In this document: positions 15,652-23,296 of the stretch, piece by piece
Numbering within the stretch: the stretch's first letter is position 1
How the letters are laid out: each line of letters opens with the position of its first letter
Assembly (NCBI GenBank): GCA_039794305.1
Contig: JBDIVX010000101.1
Coordinates: forward strand, 1 to 27,574
From: Polyangiales bacterium
GTDB lineage: Bacteria; Myxococcota_A; Polyangia; Polyangiales; JBDIVX01
Length of the DNA: 27,574 nt
Reading direction: 5' to 3'
The notes under the pieces: generated by a model
Seen by the model: the letters and a program-made list of their open reading frames with translations, nothing else
Database searches by the model: none
What the model was told of the DNA's origin: nothing
Translations under genes and position numbers: made by a program

Positions 15652-15775
15652 GCTCGCGCGAACTACCGGCCACCGAGCGTGCTGGTCGTCGACCTCGTCC
15701 CGGGTATACTGCCGCCCGAATTCTCGGCCATCTTCCGGATGGCCGCTCGCACACACGCGCTCGAGGAGGACGACG

Positions 15776-16252
15776 ATGGGATTTGCGCTCTGCAAGATGA
15801 AGGTCACGAGCTCCGCCTTCGACCACCACGGCTCGATCCCCACAAAGCACACGGGCGAAGGGGAGGACGTCTCGCCGACGCTGAGCTGGTCGGGCGCGCC
15901 GGAGGGGACCAAGGGCTACGCGGTGATCTGTCACGATCCGGACGCGCCGCTGCTCGAGGACGGCGCGTACGGTTTCGTGCACTGGATCCTGTACAACCTG
16001 CCCGCCGCGACGACGAGCCTCGGCGAGGGCACCGGGGAGGGGACCGCGGGCCAGACCCACTTCGGCAAGGCCGGCTACGGCGGCCCGATGCCGCCCGAGG
16101 GTCACGGAAAGCACCACTACTACTTCTGGGTGCTCGCGCTCGATCGGGAGACCGATCTCGAGTCCGGCCTGACGCTCAGGCAGCTCATCGACGCGATCGA
16201 GCCGCACTGCCTCGGCATGAACCGCCTCATCGGCACGTACAAGCGCGGCTGA
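15776..16252 (+). CDS. YbhB/YbcL-family (PEBP / Raf-kinase-inhibitor-like) protein
   Basis: GAGGAGG (15763-15769) lies 6 nt before ATG 15776. The protein MGFALCKMKVTSSAFDHHGSIP...DVSPTLSWSGAPEGTKGYAVICHDPDAP...FVHWILYNLP...GYGGPMPPEGHGKHHYYFWVLAL is the bacterial PEBP fold signature (158 aa). Confidence 0.8.
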   Translation: MGFALCKMKVTSSAFDHHGSIPTKHTGEGEDVSPTLSWSGAPEGTKGYAVICHDPDAPLLEDGAYGFVHWILYNLPAATTSLGEGTGEGTAGQTHFGKAGYGGPMPPEGHGKHHYYFWVLALDRETDLESGLTLRQLIDAIEPHCLGMNRLIGTYKRG

Positions 16253-16260
16253 TCCGCGGC

Positions 16261-17049
16261 TCAGGAGCGGACGCGCGCTCGGAAGGCCATCGAGAGCGCG
16301 CCGTAGAGCACCGAAGGGGCGAGGGCCTGCGCGGTCGTCGTGACGCGCGCGTCCCACCCGATCAGCACCTCCGCTTCGTCGCGGCGGATCGCGCGGACGA
16401 CGCGATCGGCCACCCGCTCGGGGCGGACCCCGTGCTCGAGCATGAGCTCGGCCATCTTCCGTGAGGCGCGGCGGTCGTAGCTGCGCGCCGCGTCGAGCAG
16501 CCGCGTGGCGACGGCGCCCGGCATGACCGCCGTGACGCCGACGCCGTCGCCCGCGAGCTCCATGCGGAGCGCCGCCGAGAAGCCGCGTATCGCGAACTTC
16601 GTGGCGCAGTAGGTCGACTGATACGGGAACGCGACGCGGCCCGCGAGGCTCGAGAGGTTCACGACGTGCCCGGCGCCACGTGCACGGAGCTGCGGGAGGA
16701 ACGCGCGGCAGCCGTAGAGCACGCCCTTGAGGTTCACGTCGACGATGCGGTCGAGGTCCTCGACGGACTGGTCGGCGAAGGTGCCGTGGATCGTGAGCCC
16801 CGCGTTGTTCACGAGCAGGTCTGCGCCGCCGTGGGCCTCCTTCACCTCGGCCGCGAGCGCCTCCCACGAGCGCGCGTCGGAGACGTCCATCGCGTGCGTC
16901 GTGACGTCCGGCGCCGAGACGAGCGAGCCCGCGTCCAGATCGACCAGCGCGAGGCGGCACCCTTCGGCGCGCAGCCGCGCGGCGATCGCGCCACCGATCC
17001 CGCCGGCGGCGCCCGTCACGACCGCGACCTTCCCTCGAAGCGCGTCCAT
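16261..17049 (-). CDS. Short-chain dehydrogenase/reductase (SDR) family oxidoreductase
   Basis: MDALRGKVAVVTGAAGGIGGAIA carries the TGxxxGIG motif. NNAG, the S...YxxxK catalytic residues (SSLAG...YCATK) and PGAVAT are present. It converges on the PEBP gene with an 8-bp gap. Confidence 0.85.
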   Translation of the reverse strand: MDALRGKVAVVTGAAGGIGGAIAARLRAEGCRLALVDLDAGSLVSAPDVTTHAMDVSDARSWEALAAEVKEAHGGADLLVNNAGLTIHGTFADQSVEDLDRIVDVNLKGVLYGCRAFLPQLRARGAGHVVNLSSLAGRVAFPYQSTYCATKFAIRGFSAALRMELAGDGVGVTAVMPGAVATRLLDAARSYDRRASRKMAELMLEHGVRPERVADRVVRAIRRDEAEVLIGWDARVTTTAQALAPSVLYGALSMAFRARVRS

Positions 17050-17050
17050 C

Positions 17051-17101
17051 GCCGCGATTCTACCGGACCAGCCTCCCGGGCGGGGTTGGCATCGGCGCCG
17101 G
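17051..17101. repeat. ~50-bp direct repeat, copy A, flanking the vapBC islet
   Basis: GCCGCGATTCTACCGGACCAGCCTCCCGGGCGGGGTTGGCATCGGCGCCGGG is about 44/50 identical to 17938-17990. It holds a degenerate copy (GCATCGGCGCC) of the OYE start region (GCATGGGCGCC). Confidence 0.6.
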
Positions 17102-17103
17102 GA

Positions 17104-17189
17104 CCGCGAGGTGTTTCAAGGCTCGGCAACGCAGCAGACGCGCCGAGATCGGCCGCGAGCCGACCGAGGAGATCATGCGCTGTGCTCTA
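17104..17189. repeat. Partial (right-half) second copy of the inverted-repeat-bounded element seen at 4477-4640
   Basis: These 86 bp match 4555-4640 with 2 mismatches, including the terminal GGAGATCATGCGCTGTGCTCTA. The left arm is absent. The terminal CTA (17187-17189) is the vapC stop codon. Confidence 0.7.
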
Positions 17190-17600
17190 GCGACGCACGA
17201 GGCGTTCGAACGGCCGGTTGCGCTTCCAGCGGTACACGTCGAAGTCGTCGTCCAGGGTGAGGATGTGACCGGTATCGAGCTCGTTGGCCAGGTGGACCAG
17301 ACATGCATCGGCGAAGTCCATCCTCACCTTGCGATACTTCGCGAGCAGCTTCCGGATCGCGCCCGCGGCGATCCCGACACGGAACGGGACCTGGAATGCC
17401 CCCGATTCCACGTTGGCCAGAACGGCGTCGGGCGCACCGGGTAGCCTGCGGAGGAGGTAGCACGCCTCGGCGATGACCGCCTCGCACGTGACTAGGGGAG
17501 CGTCGAGCTCCGACAGGATCTCGCTGCACGCAGCGTGGTTTCGCTCGGAGCGATCGAGCGCAGCGACGATGCAGCTCGTGTCGAGCAGCACGGGCTTCAC
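17187..17600 (-). CDS. vapC: PIN-domain ribonuclease toxin VapC
   Basis: GTG at 17598-17600 starts VKPVLLDTSCIVAALD...DFADACLVHLANELDTGHILTLDDDF, which has the PIN acidic residues. It overlaps the vapB stop by 4 nt (GTGA). The upstream 95 codons of track ORF 17187..17885 are R-rich junk running antisense through vapB. Confidence 0.8.
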   Translation of the reverse strand: MKPVLLDTSCIVAALDRSERNHAACSEILSELDAPLVTCEAVIAEACYLLRRLPGAPDAVLANVESGAFQVPFRVGIAAGAIRKLLAKYRKVRMDFADACLVHLANELDTGHILTLDDDFDVYRWKRNRPFERLVRR

Positions 17601-17839
17601 GAGCGTCCGAACCCGGCGAGGTGCTCCTCGTTGGTGGCGAGATCTGCCACGCCGGACTCGAACTCCCCGAGGCCGATGATTCGGCGAGGAGCCGACGAGG
17701 CCTCGCGGTCCGAGTACGCCTTCAGCGCTCGGCGGATGAGCTCGGAATCCGTCAGCCCCGTCCGTCGCTTCAGCCGATCGAGGGTGCGTCTCGACTCGGG
17801 GTCGAGCCGTGCGTGTACGACGTCGCGCTTGGTCGCCAT
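17597..17839 (-). CDS. vapB: Ribbon-helix-helix (CopG/RHH-type) antitoxin VapB
   Basis: MATKRDVVHARLDPESRRTLDRLKRRTGLTDSELIRRALKAY... is 80 aa. The SD AGGTG lies 7 nt upstream of ATG 17837-17839, and an in-frame ATG sits 5 codons further up at 17852-17854. The stop TGA (17597-17599) overlaps the vapC GTG. Confidence 0.75.
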   Translation of the reverse strand: MATKRDVVHARLDPESRRTLDRLKRRTGLTDSELIRRALKAYSDREASSAPRRIIGLGEFESGVADLATNEEHLAGFGRS

Positions 17840-17885
17840 GTATACACCTGCCATGGTGTATACGCAGCCCGCACCGGTTCGTCAA
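17840..17885 (-). promoter_or_regulatory. vapBC promoter (TTGACG-N17-TATACA) overlapped by a 9-6-9 palindromic operator GTATACACC-TGCCAT-GGTGTATAC
   Basis: Read on the minus strand, -35 TTGACG is at 17880-17885 and -10 TATACA at 17857-17862, with a 17-nt spacer. The perfect inverted repeat at 17840-17863 covers the -10, the SD and the upstream ATG, the classic layout for antitoxin autoregulation. Confidence 0.5.
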
Positions 17886-17937
17886 GCAACCCGACCCGCG
17901 GTCGATCGCGGCGGCATGCTCGCGCGCCGCACGCCGC

Positions 17938-17990
17938 AGCCGCGATTCTGTCGGACCAGCCTCCCGGGCGGGTTAGCATGGGCGCCGTGG
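17938..17990. repeat. ~50-bp direct repeat, copy B; contains the OYE start codon
   Basis: GCCGCGATTCTGTCGGACCAGCCTCCCGGGCGGGTTAGCATGGGCGCCGTGG. See copy A at 17051-17101. Confidence 0.6.
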
Positions 17991-19177
17991 ACGTCTTCGA
18001 GCCCGCCGCGCTGGGCCCGATCGGGCTGCGCAACCGCGTGATCAAGGCCGCGACCTACGAAGGCATGAGCCCGGGCGGGATCGCCTCGCCCGCGCTCGTG
18101 AGCTTCCACCGGCGCCTCGCCGCCGGCGGCGTCGGGCTGACGACCGTGGCGTACTGCGCCGTGAGCGAGGAGGGACGCACGTTCGCGGACCAGCTCTGGC
18201 TCCGGAGCGAGTCACGCCCGGTGCTGCGCGAGCTCCGGGACGCGGTGCACGGCGAGGGTGGCGCCGTGTCGCTGCAGCTCGCGCACGCGGGGATGTTCAG
18301 CAAGGTGCGCGGTCCGGGCGGCCGCGCGCCACGTGGGCCTTCGCGCGCGTTCAACGCCTACGGCAGCGCCGCCGGCCTGCCGATCGCCGGTGCGATGGAC
18401 GAACGGGACATCGTGAAGGTCGTCGACGACTTCGCCCGGGCGGCCGTGACCGCCGCCGAGATCGGCTTCGACGCGCTCGAGCTGCACCTCGGCCACGGCT
18501 ACCTCCTCAGCCAGTTCCTGTCCCCGGCGATCAACCGGCGCCGCGACCGGTGGGGCGGCTCGCTCGACAACCGCATGCGCTTGCCGCTCGCCGTCGCGGC
18601 GAAGGTGCGCGAGGAGGTCGGCGGCTCCGTCGCGATCCTCGCCAAGACCAACCTCAGCGACGGGTTCGAAGGAGGGCTCTCGATCGAGGAGGCGATCGAC
18701 GTGGCGCGCGCGATCGAGGCGAGCGGTCACGTGGACGCGCTCGTGCCGAGCGGCGGGTTCACCAGCCGCACCCCTTTTTACCTGCTGCGCGGCGGGCTCC
18801 CCCTCGCGCGGATGGCCGCGGCCCAGCCCGATCTCCTCTCGCGGCTCGGCATGCGCGTGCTCGGCGGCGCCATCGTCGGCCGCTACGAGTTCGAGGAGGC
18901 GTTCTTCCTGCCGCTGGCGCGCCGGGTGCGTGCGGCCGTGAAGATGCCCGTCGCCCTTCTCGGGGGCCTCGTCTCGCTCGACAACGTGGGGACGGCACGC
19001 CGCGAGGGCTTCGACTTCGTCGTGCTCGGGCGCGCGCTGATCGCGGATCCCGATCTCGTCCTGCGCATGCAGCGGGGCGAGCTCGAGCGCACGCGGTGCG
19101 ACGCGTGCAACGAGTGCGTGGCCGAGATGGACCTCGGGGGCGTGCGCTGCGTCCTCGACAGCCCGCGGCGCGCGTGA
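17978..19177 (+). CDS. NADH:flavin oxidoreductase / NADH oxidase (Old Yellow Enzyme family)
   Basis: MGAVDVFEPAALGPIGLRNRVIKAATYEGM...AYCAVSEEGR...LQLAHAGMFS...ELHLGHGYLLSQFLSPAINRRRDRWGGSLDNRMRLPLAV... matches the OYE TIM-barrel signature. Met120 of the track ORF is the start. The stop is at 19175-19177. Confidence 0.85.
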   Translation: MGAVDVFEPAALGPIGLRNRVIKAATYEGMSPGGIASPALVSFHRRLAAGGVGLTTVAYCAVSEEGRTFADQLWLRSESRPVLRELRDAVHGEGGAVSLQLAHAGMFSKVRGPGGRAPRGPSRAFNAYGSAAGLPIAGAMDERDIVKVVDDFARAAVTAAEIGFDALELHLGHGYLLSQFLSPAINRRRDRWGGSLDNRMRLPLAVAAKVREEVGGSVAILAKTNLSDGFEGGLSIEEAIDVARAIEASGHVDALVPSGGFTSRTPFYLLRGGLPLARMAAAQPDLLSRLGMRVLGGAIVGRYEFEEAFFLPLARRVRAAVKMPVALLGGLVSLDNVGTARREGFDFVVLGRALIADPDLVLRMQRGELERTRCDACNECVAEMDLGGVRCVLDSPRRA

Positions 19178-19208
19178 GACCGCCGGCGCGTCGACTTCCG
19201 GAGAGAGG

Positions 19209-21650
19209 TCAGAGGGCGCTGAGGTAGTCGCCGAGGGGGACCTGGGCGCCCACGGCGAGGCCCCCGAGGACGCGGGTGGACGAGTCCTCGCTGCCCGGGA
19301 AGAAGAGGAACATGGGGGCGACGTAGAGCTGCAGCAGCTCGTAGACGTCGACGGCGGCGGCCAGCCCGACCATGAGCGCGTCCGACTCTTCGTTGTCGAA
19401 GACCGCGCGGTAGAGCAGCCCCGACAGGAATGCGGCGCCCCGGAAGGTGAGCTTGCCGTCCGCGAAGCTGGGGCTCGCGATGCCGATGCCGATCTGCTCC
19501 GCGACGAGAGCGTTCAGCCGGAACCGGTCCGTCATCGTCGGTTCGGTGCCGGGCGCGTTCGCGAACGTTCCGAGCTGCCCGAGGCCCACGGTGAGGTGGA
19601 AATACGGGCGCCACTCGGTGCGCGCACGGAAGTCCTCCCCGAGCGTCGCGAGCGTGCTGCGGAACATGGCGCCGTCGACGGCGATGCGGCCCTCGCCGAT
19701 CGTCATCGCCTCGCGCAGCGAGAGCACGATGCGCACCGTCCAGCACGCGAGCGATCCCTCGTCGATCTCGCAAGACCTGGCGGCGCGCTCGTCCTCTCCG
19801 AGCGCGCGCAGGACGTCGGCCTCGTCGATCTCCGACGCGAGCTCGAAGAGCTGTCCCGTGTCGAAGGCGCGGCCGCGCTCGAGCGTGAACATGACGCGGC
19901 CGAGCAGATCGAGGGCCGGCGTGAGGAGCTGGCCGTCACCCGCCTTCACCGCGAGGGCCTCGAGACCGGCGAGCGCAGACCCGACGGTCGCGACGCCCGC
20001 CTCGCGCGCGGAGTGCAGGTTGAGCGACTCGAATAGAGAGAGGAGCCGTGCGGTGCCGGTGAGCGCGTGGATGGACAGCTCGAGCTTCGTGAAGTCCTCG
20101 ACCTTCACCGACCAGTGGGTCGGCGGCACGGCTGCGAACGCGTCGCGCACCGTCGTCAGGACGGCGACGAGCTCGTCGAGCCTGGCCACCATGCGCGGGA
20201 GACTGGCGACGGGGAGAGAGCCGATGTCGAGACGGGACCCGAGCCCCTCGCGCCACACGCGCAGCGTGACCTGCGACGTCGCCGTCTCGACGCGCTCGCT
20301 CGCCTGGAGCAGGCCGTCGGAGCCCTCGGCCGGCGACCACACGTCGTGGAAGCGCTCGGCCAGCCCCTCGAGCGCCATGCGGAGCTCCTGGAGCCGCTGG
20401 TGGGCGGCTTCGGGGAGCTGGGGCACCTTGCCCTCGCGCGCCTCGCCGTCGAGGGCGATCTCCCCGTCGAGCCAGGCGTCGACCCCGCCCTCCCGGCAGG
20501 CGGCAGGGGTCGCATCGCACCGCCGATCGAGCGCGACGACTGCTTCTCGGTAGGCGGCGAGCGACGCTGCGCTCCCGTTCGAACGGGTGGCGGCGTCGAG
20601 CGCGTCGAAGACGCCCTTTATCGCGGCACGGGTCGCGACGGCGTCGCGGAGGAGGTCGTTCGCGGCATCCCAGTCGAACGGCGAGAGGCCGGGCGTCTCG
20701 CCGAACGCGCCGACCTCGCGGGCCGAGACCAACGCGCGGAGGAAGCCGCGCAGGCCGCTCCCCTCCGAGTCCCAGCGGCCGTGGAGCGCGCGGGCCACGG
20801 CGAGCCCCGACTCGAAGCGCGGGATGTCGAGCACCCAGTCGACCCGCCGATCGCGCTCGTCGTCGGTCGCGCCTGCGGTCAGCACCTGGCAGAGCACGCC
20901 ACCGCGTGTGCCGAGCCGGAAGGGGCACGGCGGCGGGTCGGCGCGTGGCTCGTCCCCGAACAGGCCCGTCGCGCCCAGGCGCCAGTAGGCGAGATCGACG
21001 AGGTAGAGCCGCACACGCACCTCGTCCACGTCTCTGCGCGGCCAGCCCATGCGCAGGCGGTGACAGTGCCGCAGGCCCTCGGCGCTCGGGCGGCGGTGGC
21101 CGGTGCCCTGCGAACACAGGCGACGCTCCCAGTAGCTCGCGCGGTCGAGCATGCTGGCGTTGGGGAAGCGCATCCTCACGACGATCTCCGCGAGCACGAC
21201 GCGCACCACCGTCTGCACGAGGTGCTCGACGTTCGCGCGCTGCATGCCGCCGCGGTCGACGAGCACGTCGGTCGCCGCGATCACCAGGTCACGCACGTAG
21301 CGGCGCCCCGCGGCCACCCCCTCGACTTCGTCGATCGCGTCGGCGACCGCGCGCATCGTCACGCGCTGCGCCCGGTCCGCGACGATCGACGTCACCAGAT
21401 CGACGTCGAGCGAGGCTCTGAGAGGCGCGTCGACGGTCGCAGAGGCCGAGACCGTGGCCTCGCCCCGGAGCGCACCCTCCCCGCCGATCGAGGCGCGAGC
21501 CTCGCCCTCCACCGTCAGGCTCGCCCATGCCGCGTCGTTCACGAAGACGTCGTCGAGGACGAGGTGCCGCGGGGCGTCGTCCTGGGCCGCCACCCCGAGG
21601 GCAGCAGACCAGATTGCGAGGGCGACAAGCCCCGAGACGGCGGCCCGCAT
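19209..21650 (-). CDS. Large secreted protein, 813 aa, unknown function
   Basis: GC3 is about 97% on the minus strand. The start at 21648-21650 gives MRAAVSGLVALAIWSAALGVAAQDD, a signal peptide; the upstream 76 codons are R-rich. The body is mostly predicted helical, and the C-terminal ~120 aa look beta-rich with alternating hydrophobics. I recognise no family. The plus-strand ORFs 19447..20553 and 20067..21800 are rejected. Confidence 0.65.
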   Translation of the reverse strand: MRAAVSGLVALAIWSAALGVAAQDDAPRHLVLDDVFVNDAAWASLTVEGEARASIGGEGALRGEATVSASATVDAPLRASLDVDLVTSIVADRAQRVTMRAVADAIDEVEGVAAGRRYVRDLVIAATDVLVDRGGMQRANVEHLVQTVVRVVLAEIVVRMRFPNASMLDRASYWERRLCSQGTGHRRPSAEGLRHCHRLRMGWPRRDVDEVRVRLYLVDLAYWRLGATGLFGDEPRADPPPCPFRLGTRGGVLCQVLTAGATDDERDRRVDWVLDIPRFESGLAVARALHGRWDSEGSGLRGFLRALVSAREVGAFGETPGLSPFDWDAANDLLRDAVATRAAIKGVFDALDAATRSNGSAASLAAYREAVVALDRRCDATPAACREGGVDAWLDGEIALDGEAREGKVPQLPEAAHQRLQELRMALEGLAERFHDVWSPAEGSDGLLQASERVETATSQVTLRVWREGLGSRLDIGSLPVASLPRMVARLDELVAVLTTVRDAFAAVPPTHWSVKVEDFTKLELSIHALTGTARLLSLFESLNLHSAREAGVATVGSALAGLEALAVKAGDGQLLTPALDLLGRVMFTLERGRAFDTGQLFELASEIDEADVLRALGEDERAARSCEIDEGSLACWTVRIVLSLREAMTIGEGRIAVDGAMFRSTLATLGEDFRARTEWRPYFHLTVGLGQLGTFANAPGTEPTMTDRFRLNALVAEQIGIGIASPSFADGKLTFRGAAFLSGLLYRAVFDNEESDALMVGLAAAVDVYELLQLYVAPMFLFFPGSEDSSTRVLGGLAVGAQVPLGDYLSAL

Positions 21651-21703
21651 GACGCGCGAACAGTAACAGTTGGCTCGCCCGATCGGGTAGAGTCGGCTCC
21701 CGG

Positions 21704-23296
21704 ATGGATGTGCCGGCAAGACGACACCTGGCGCTCGTGGCGCTCGCTCTCGCCGGGTGCGGGAGCCCCGGCGCCGACGCGACCCACGATCCTCGCGTGA
21801 TGACGGCCCACCAGACCTACGCGACGCTCGGGATGGTGCTCGAGGGCACGGCGAGCTTCGACCTCGTACGCGGCGCACCGGTGATGGACACCCGCGAGCT
21901 CGCTGCGTTCCGGTGCTACCACCTGCTGCTCCTCGGCGACGGCGACCTCGGAGACGTCGAGATGCGCGTGCTCGACCCGCGGGGGCGCGCCATCGGCACC
22001 CGGCGGGCGACCGACGGACAGGCCGCGATGCGCGTCTGCACCGAGTCGGCGGGCGACTACGAGATCGTGCTGACGCCCATCGGCCGTAGCGGGCGCTGCA
22101 CGCTCACCACCTGGGCGCTCCCTCGGAGCACCTGCGGCACGCCGATCGAGCTGGTCTCCTCGGACGCCGAGCGCCTGCCGGGCGATCACCGGCGCTGGAT
22201 CGTGGAGGGCTCGACCGCGGAGGCCGCGAGCAACCTCGAGAGCGGCTGCGCCGTCGGACGCGCACCCGAGCAGATCTACCTCGTCCGGCTCGCAGAGCCG
22301 ACGCTCCTGCGCGCCCAGATCGAGACGGCCTTCGACGGCGCGCTCTCGCTGTCGACGAGCTGCGGAGACCCCCAGGCGGTCATCGCGTGCAACGACGACG
22401 CGGGCGACGTCCGGCACTCTCTCGTCTCCGAGATGGTCGATCCCGGCGAGTACTTCCTCGTCGTCGACGGCTACAACGGTCAAGCCGGCGACTACCGCCT
22501 CACCGTCGACGCGGTGCCGGCCGCTCGGGCGAGGGAGGAGGTGTGCGACCGCGCTCCCGACCTCGTCTACGGCGAGGCGGTGGAGCTCGGATCGGCGCAG
22601 AGCGACCTCGTGGACGGGTCGTGCCGCCTGCGGGGCGGACCGGAGCACGTCTTCGATCTGGAGGTCGAGACGCGCGTCCGGCTGCGCGCGACGGTGAGCG
22701 ACAGCCCGAACGCGGTCATCTACCTCTTGGGCGGGTGCGCCGCAGAGGCCGACGAGGTCGCCTGCGTCGCCGGCTCGACGCTGAGCCGCGTGATCGACCC
22801 CGGCAGCTACCAGCTCGTCGTGGAGCGGGCCGCCGAGGGCGCGCGGCTCGAGGTGAACGGCGCGGCCACCGAGGAGGCCGACGTCTCCGGGACCTGCGGT
22901 CCGAACGTGGACGTGGAGTCGCTCCCTCTGAACGGCATCGTGCGCGGAAACACGCGCGGGTCGAGCAACCGCTTCACGGCGTCGTGCGTCGAGAGCGCCA
23001 GCCGGGACGCGGTCTACCACTTCCGCCTCGAAGAGACGACGGCGGTCCGGCTCATGCTGATATCCCTCTTCGACGGCGTGCTCCACCTGCGGCGGGGCGA
23101 CTGCACCGACGCCGCCGCCGAGATCGCGTGCAACGACGATCTGATCGACAACCGCCACAGCATGATCGTCGACGAGCTCGAGCCTGGCGACTACTACGTC
23201 ATCGTCGACGGCTTCGAGGATCGCTCGGTCGGTGAGTACTACCTCAGCCTCGTCGCGAGCAGGCCGGGCCGGCTCCCGCCCGAAGGCGACTGGTGA
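21704..23296 (+). CDS. Lipoprotein with three tandem ~125-aa ACNDD...VDG beta-sandwich-like domains (pre-peptidase-C-terminal-like)
   Basis: MDVPARRHLALVALALAGCGS is a lipoprotein signal with LAGC. Three repeats each end ...(V/E)IACNDD(A/L)(G/I)D(V/N)RHS(L/M)(V/I)...(D/E)PG(E/D)Y(F/Y)(L/V)VVDG(Y/F)...G(D/E)Y(R/Y)L(T/S). The same domain type occurs in the lipoprotein at 410..2050. The stop TGA (23294-23296) overlaps the next ATG. Confidence 0.75.
   Translation: MDVPARRHLALVALALAGCGSPGADATHDPRVMTAHQTYATLGMVLEGTASFDLVRGAPVMDTRELAAFRCYHLLLLGDGDLGDVEMRVLDPRGRAIGTRRATDGQAAMRVCTESAGDYEIVLTPIGRSGRCTLTTWALPRSTCGTPIELVSSDAERLPGDHRRWIVEGSTAEAASNLESGCAVGRAPEQIYLVRLAEPTLLRAQIETAFDGALSLSTSCGDPQAVIACNDDAGDVRHSLVSEMVDPGEYFLVVDGYNGQAGDYRLTVDAVPAARAREEVCDRAPDLVYGEAVELGSAQSDLVDGSCRLRGGPEHVFDLEVETRVRLRATVSDSPNAVIYLLGGCAAEADEVACVAGSTLSRVIDPGSYQLVVERAAEGARLEVNGAATEEADVSGTCGPNVDVESLPLNGIVRGNTRGSSNRFTASCVESASRDAVYHFRLEETTAVRLMLISLFDGVLHLRRGDCTDAAAEIACNDDLIDNRHSMIVDELEPGDYYVIVDGFEDRSVGEYYLSLVASRPGRLPPEGDW

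Noticed and set aside
15545-16960. 471-aa minus-strand ORF, plus the plus-strand ORFs 15679..16464 and 16666..17260
   Set aside because: They are antisense to the PEBP and SDR genes and R-rich.
19447-21800. Plus-strand ORFs 19447..20553 (368 aa) and 20067..21800 (577 aa)
   Set aside because: They are opposite the 813-aa secreted-protein gene, whose minus-strand GC3 is ~97%. The plus-strand translations are S/R/A-rich.
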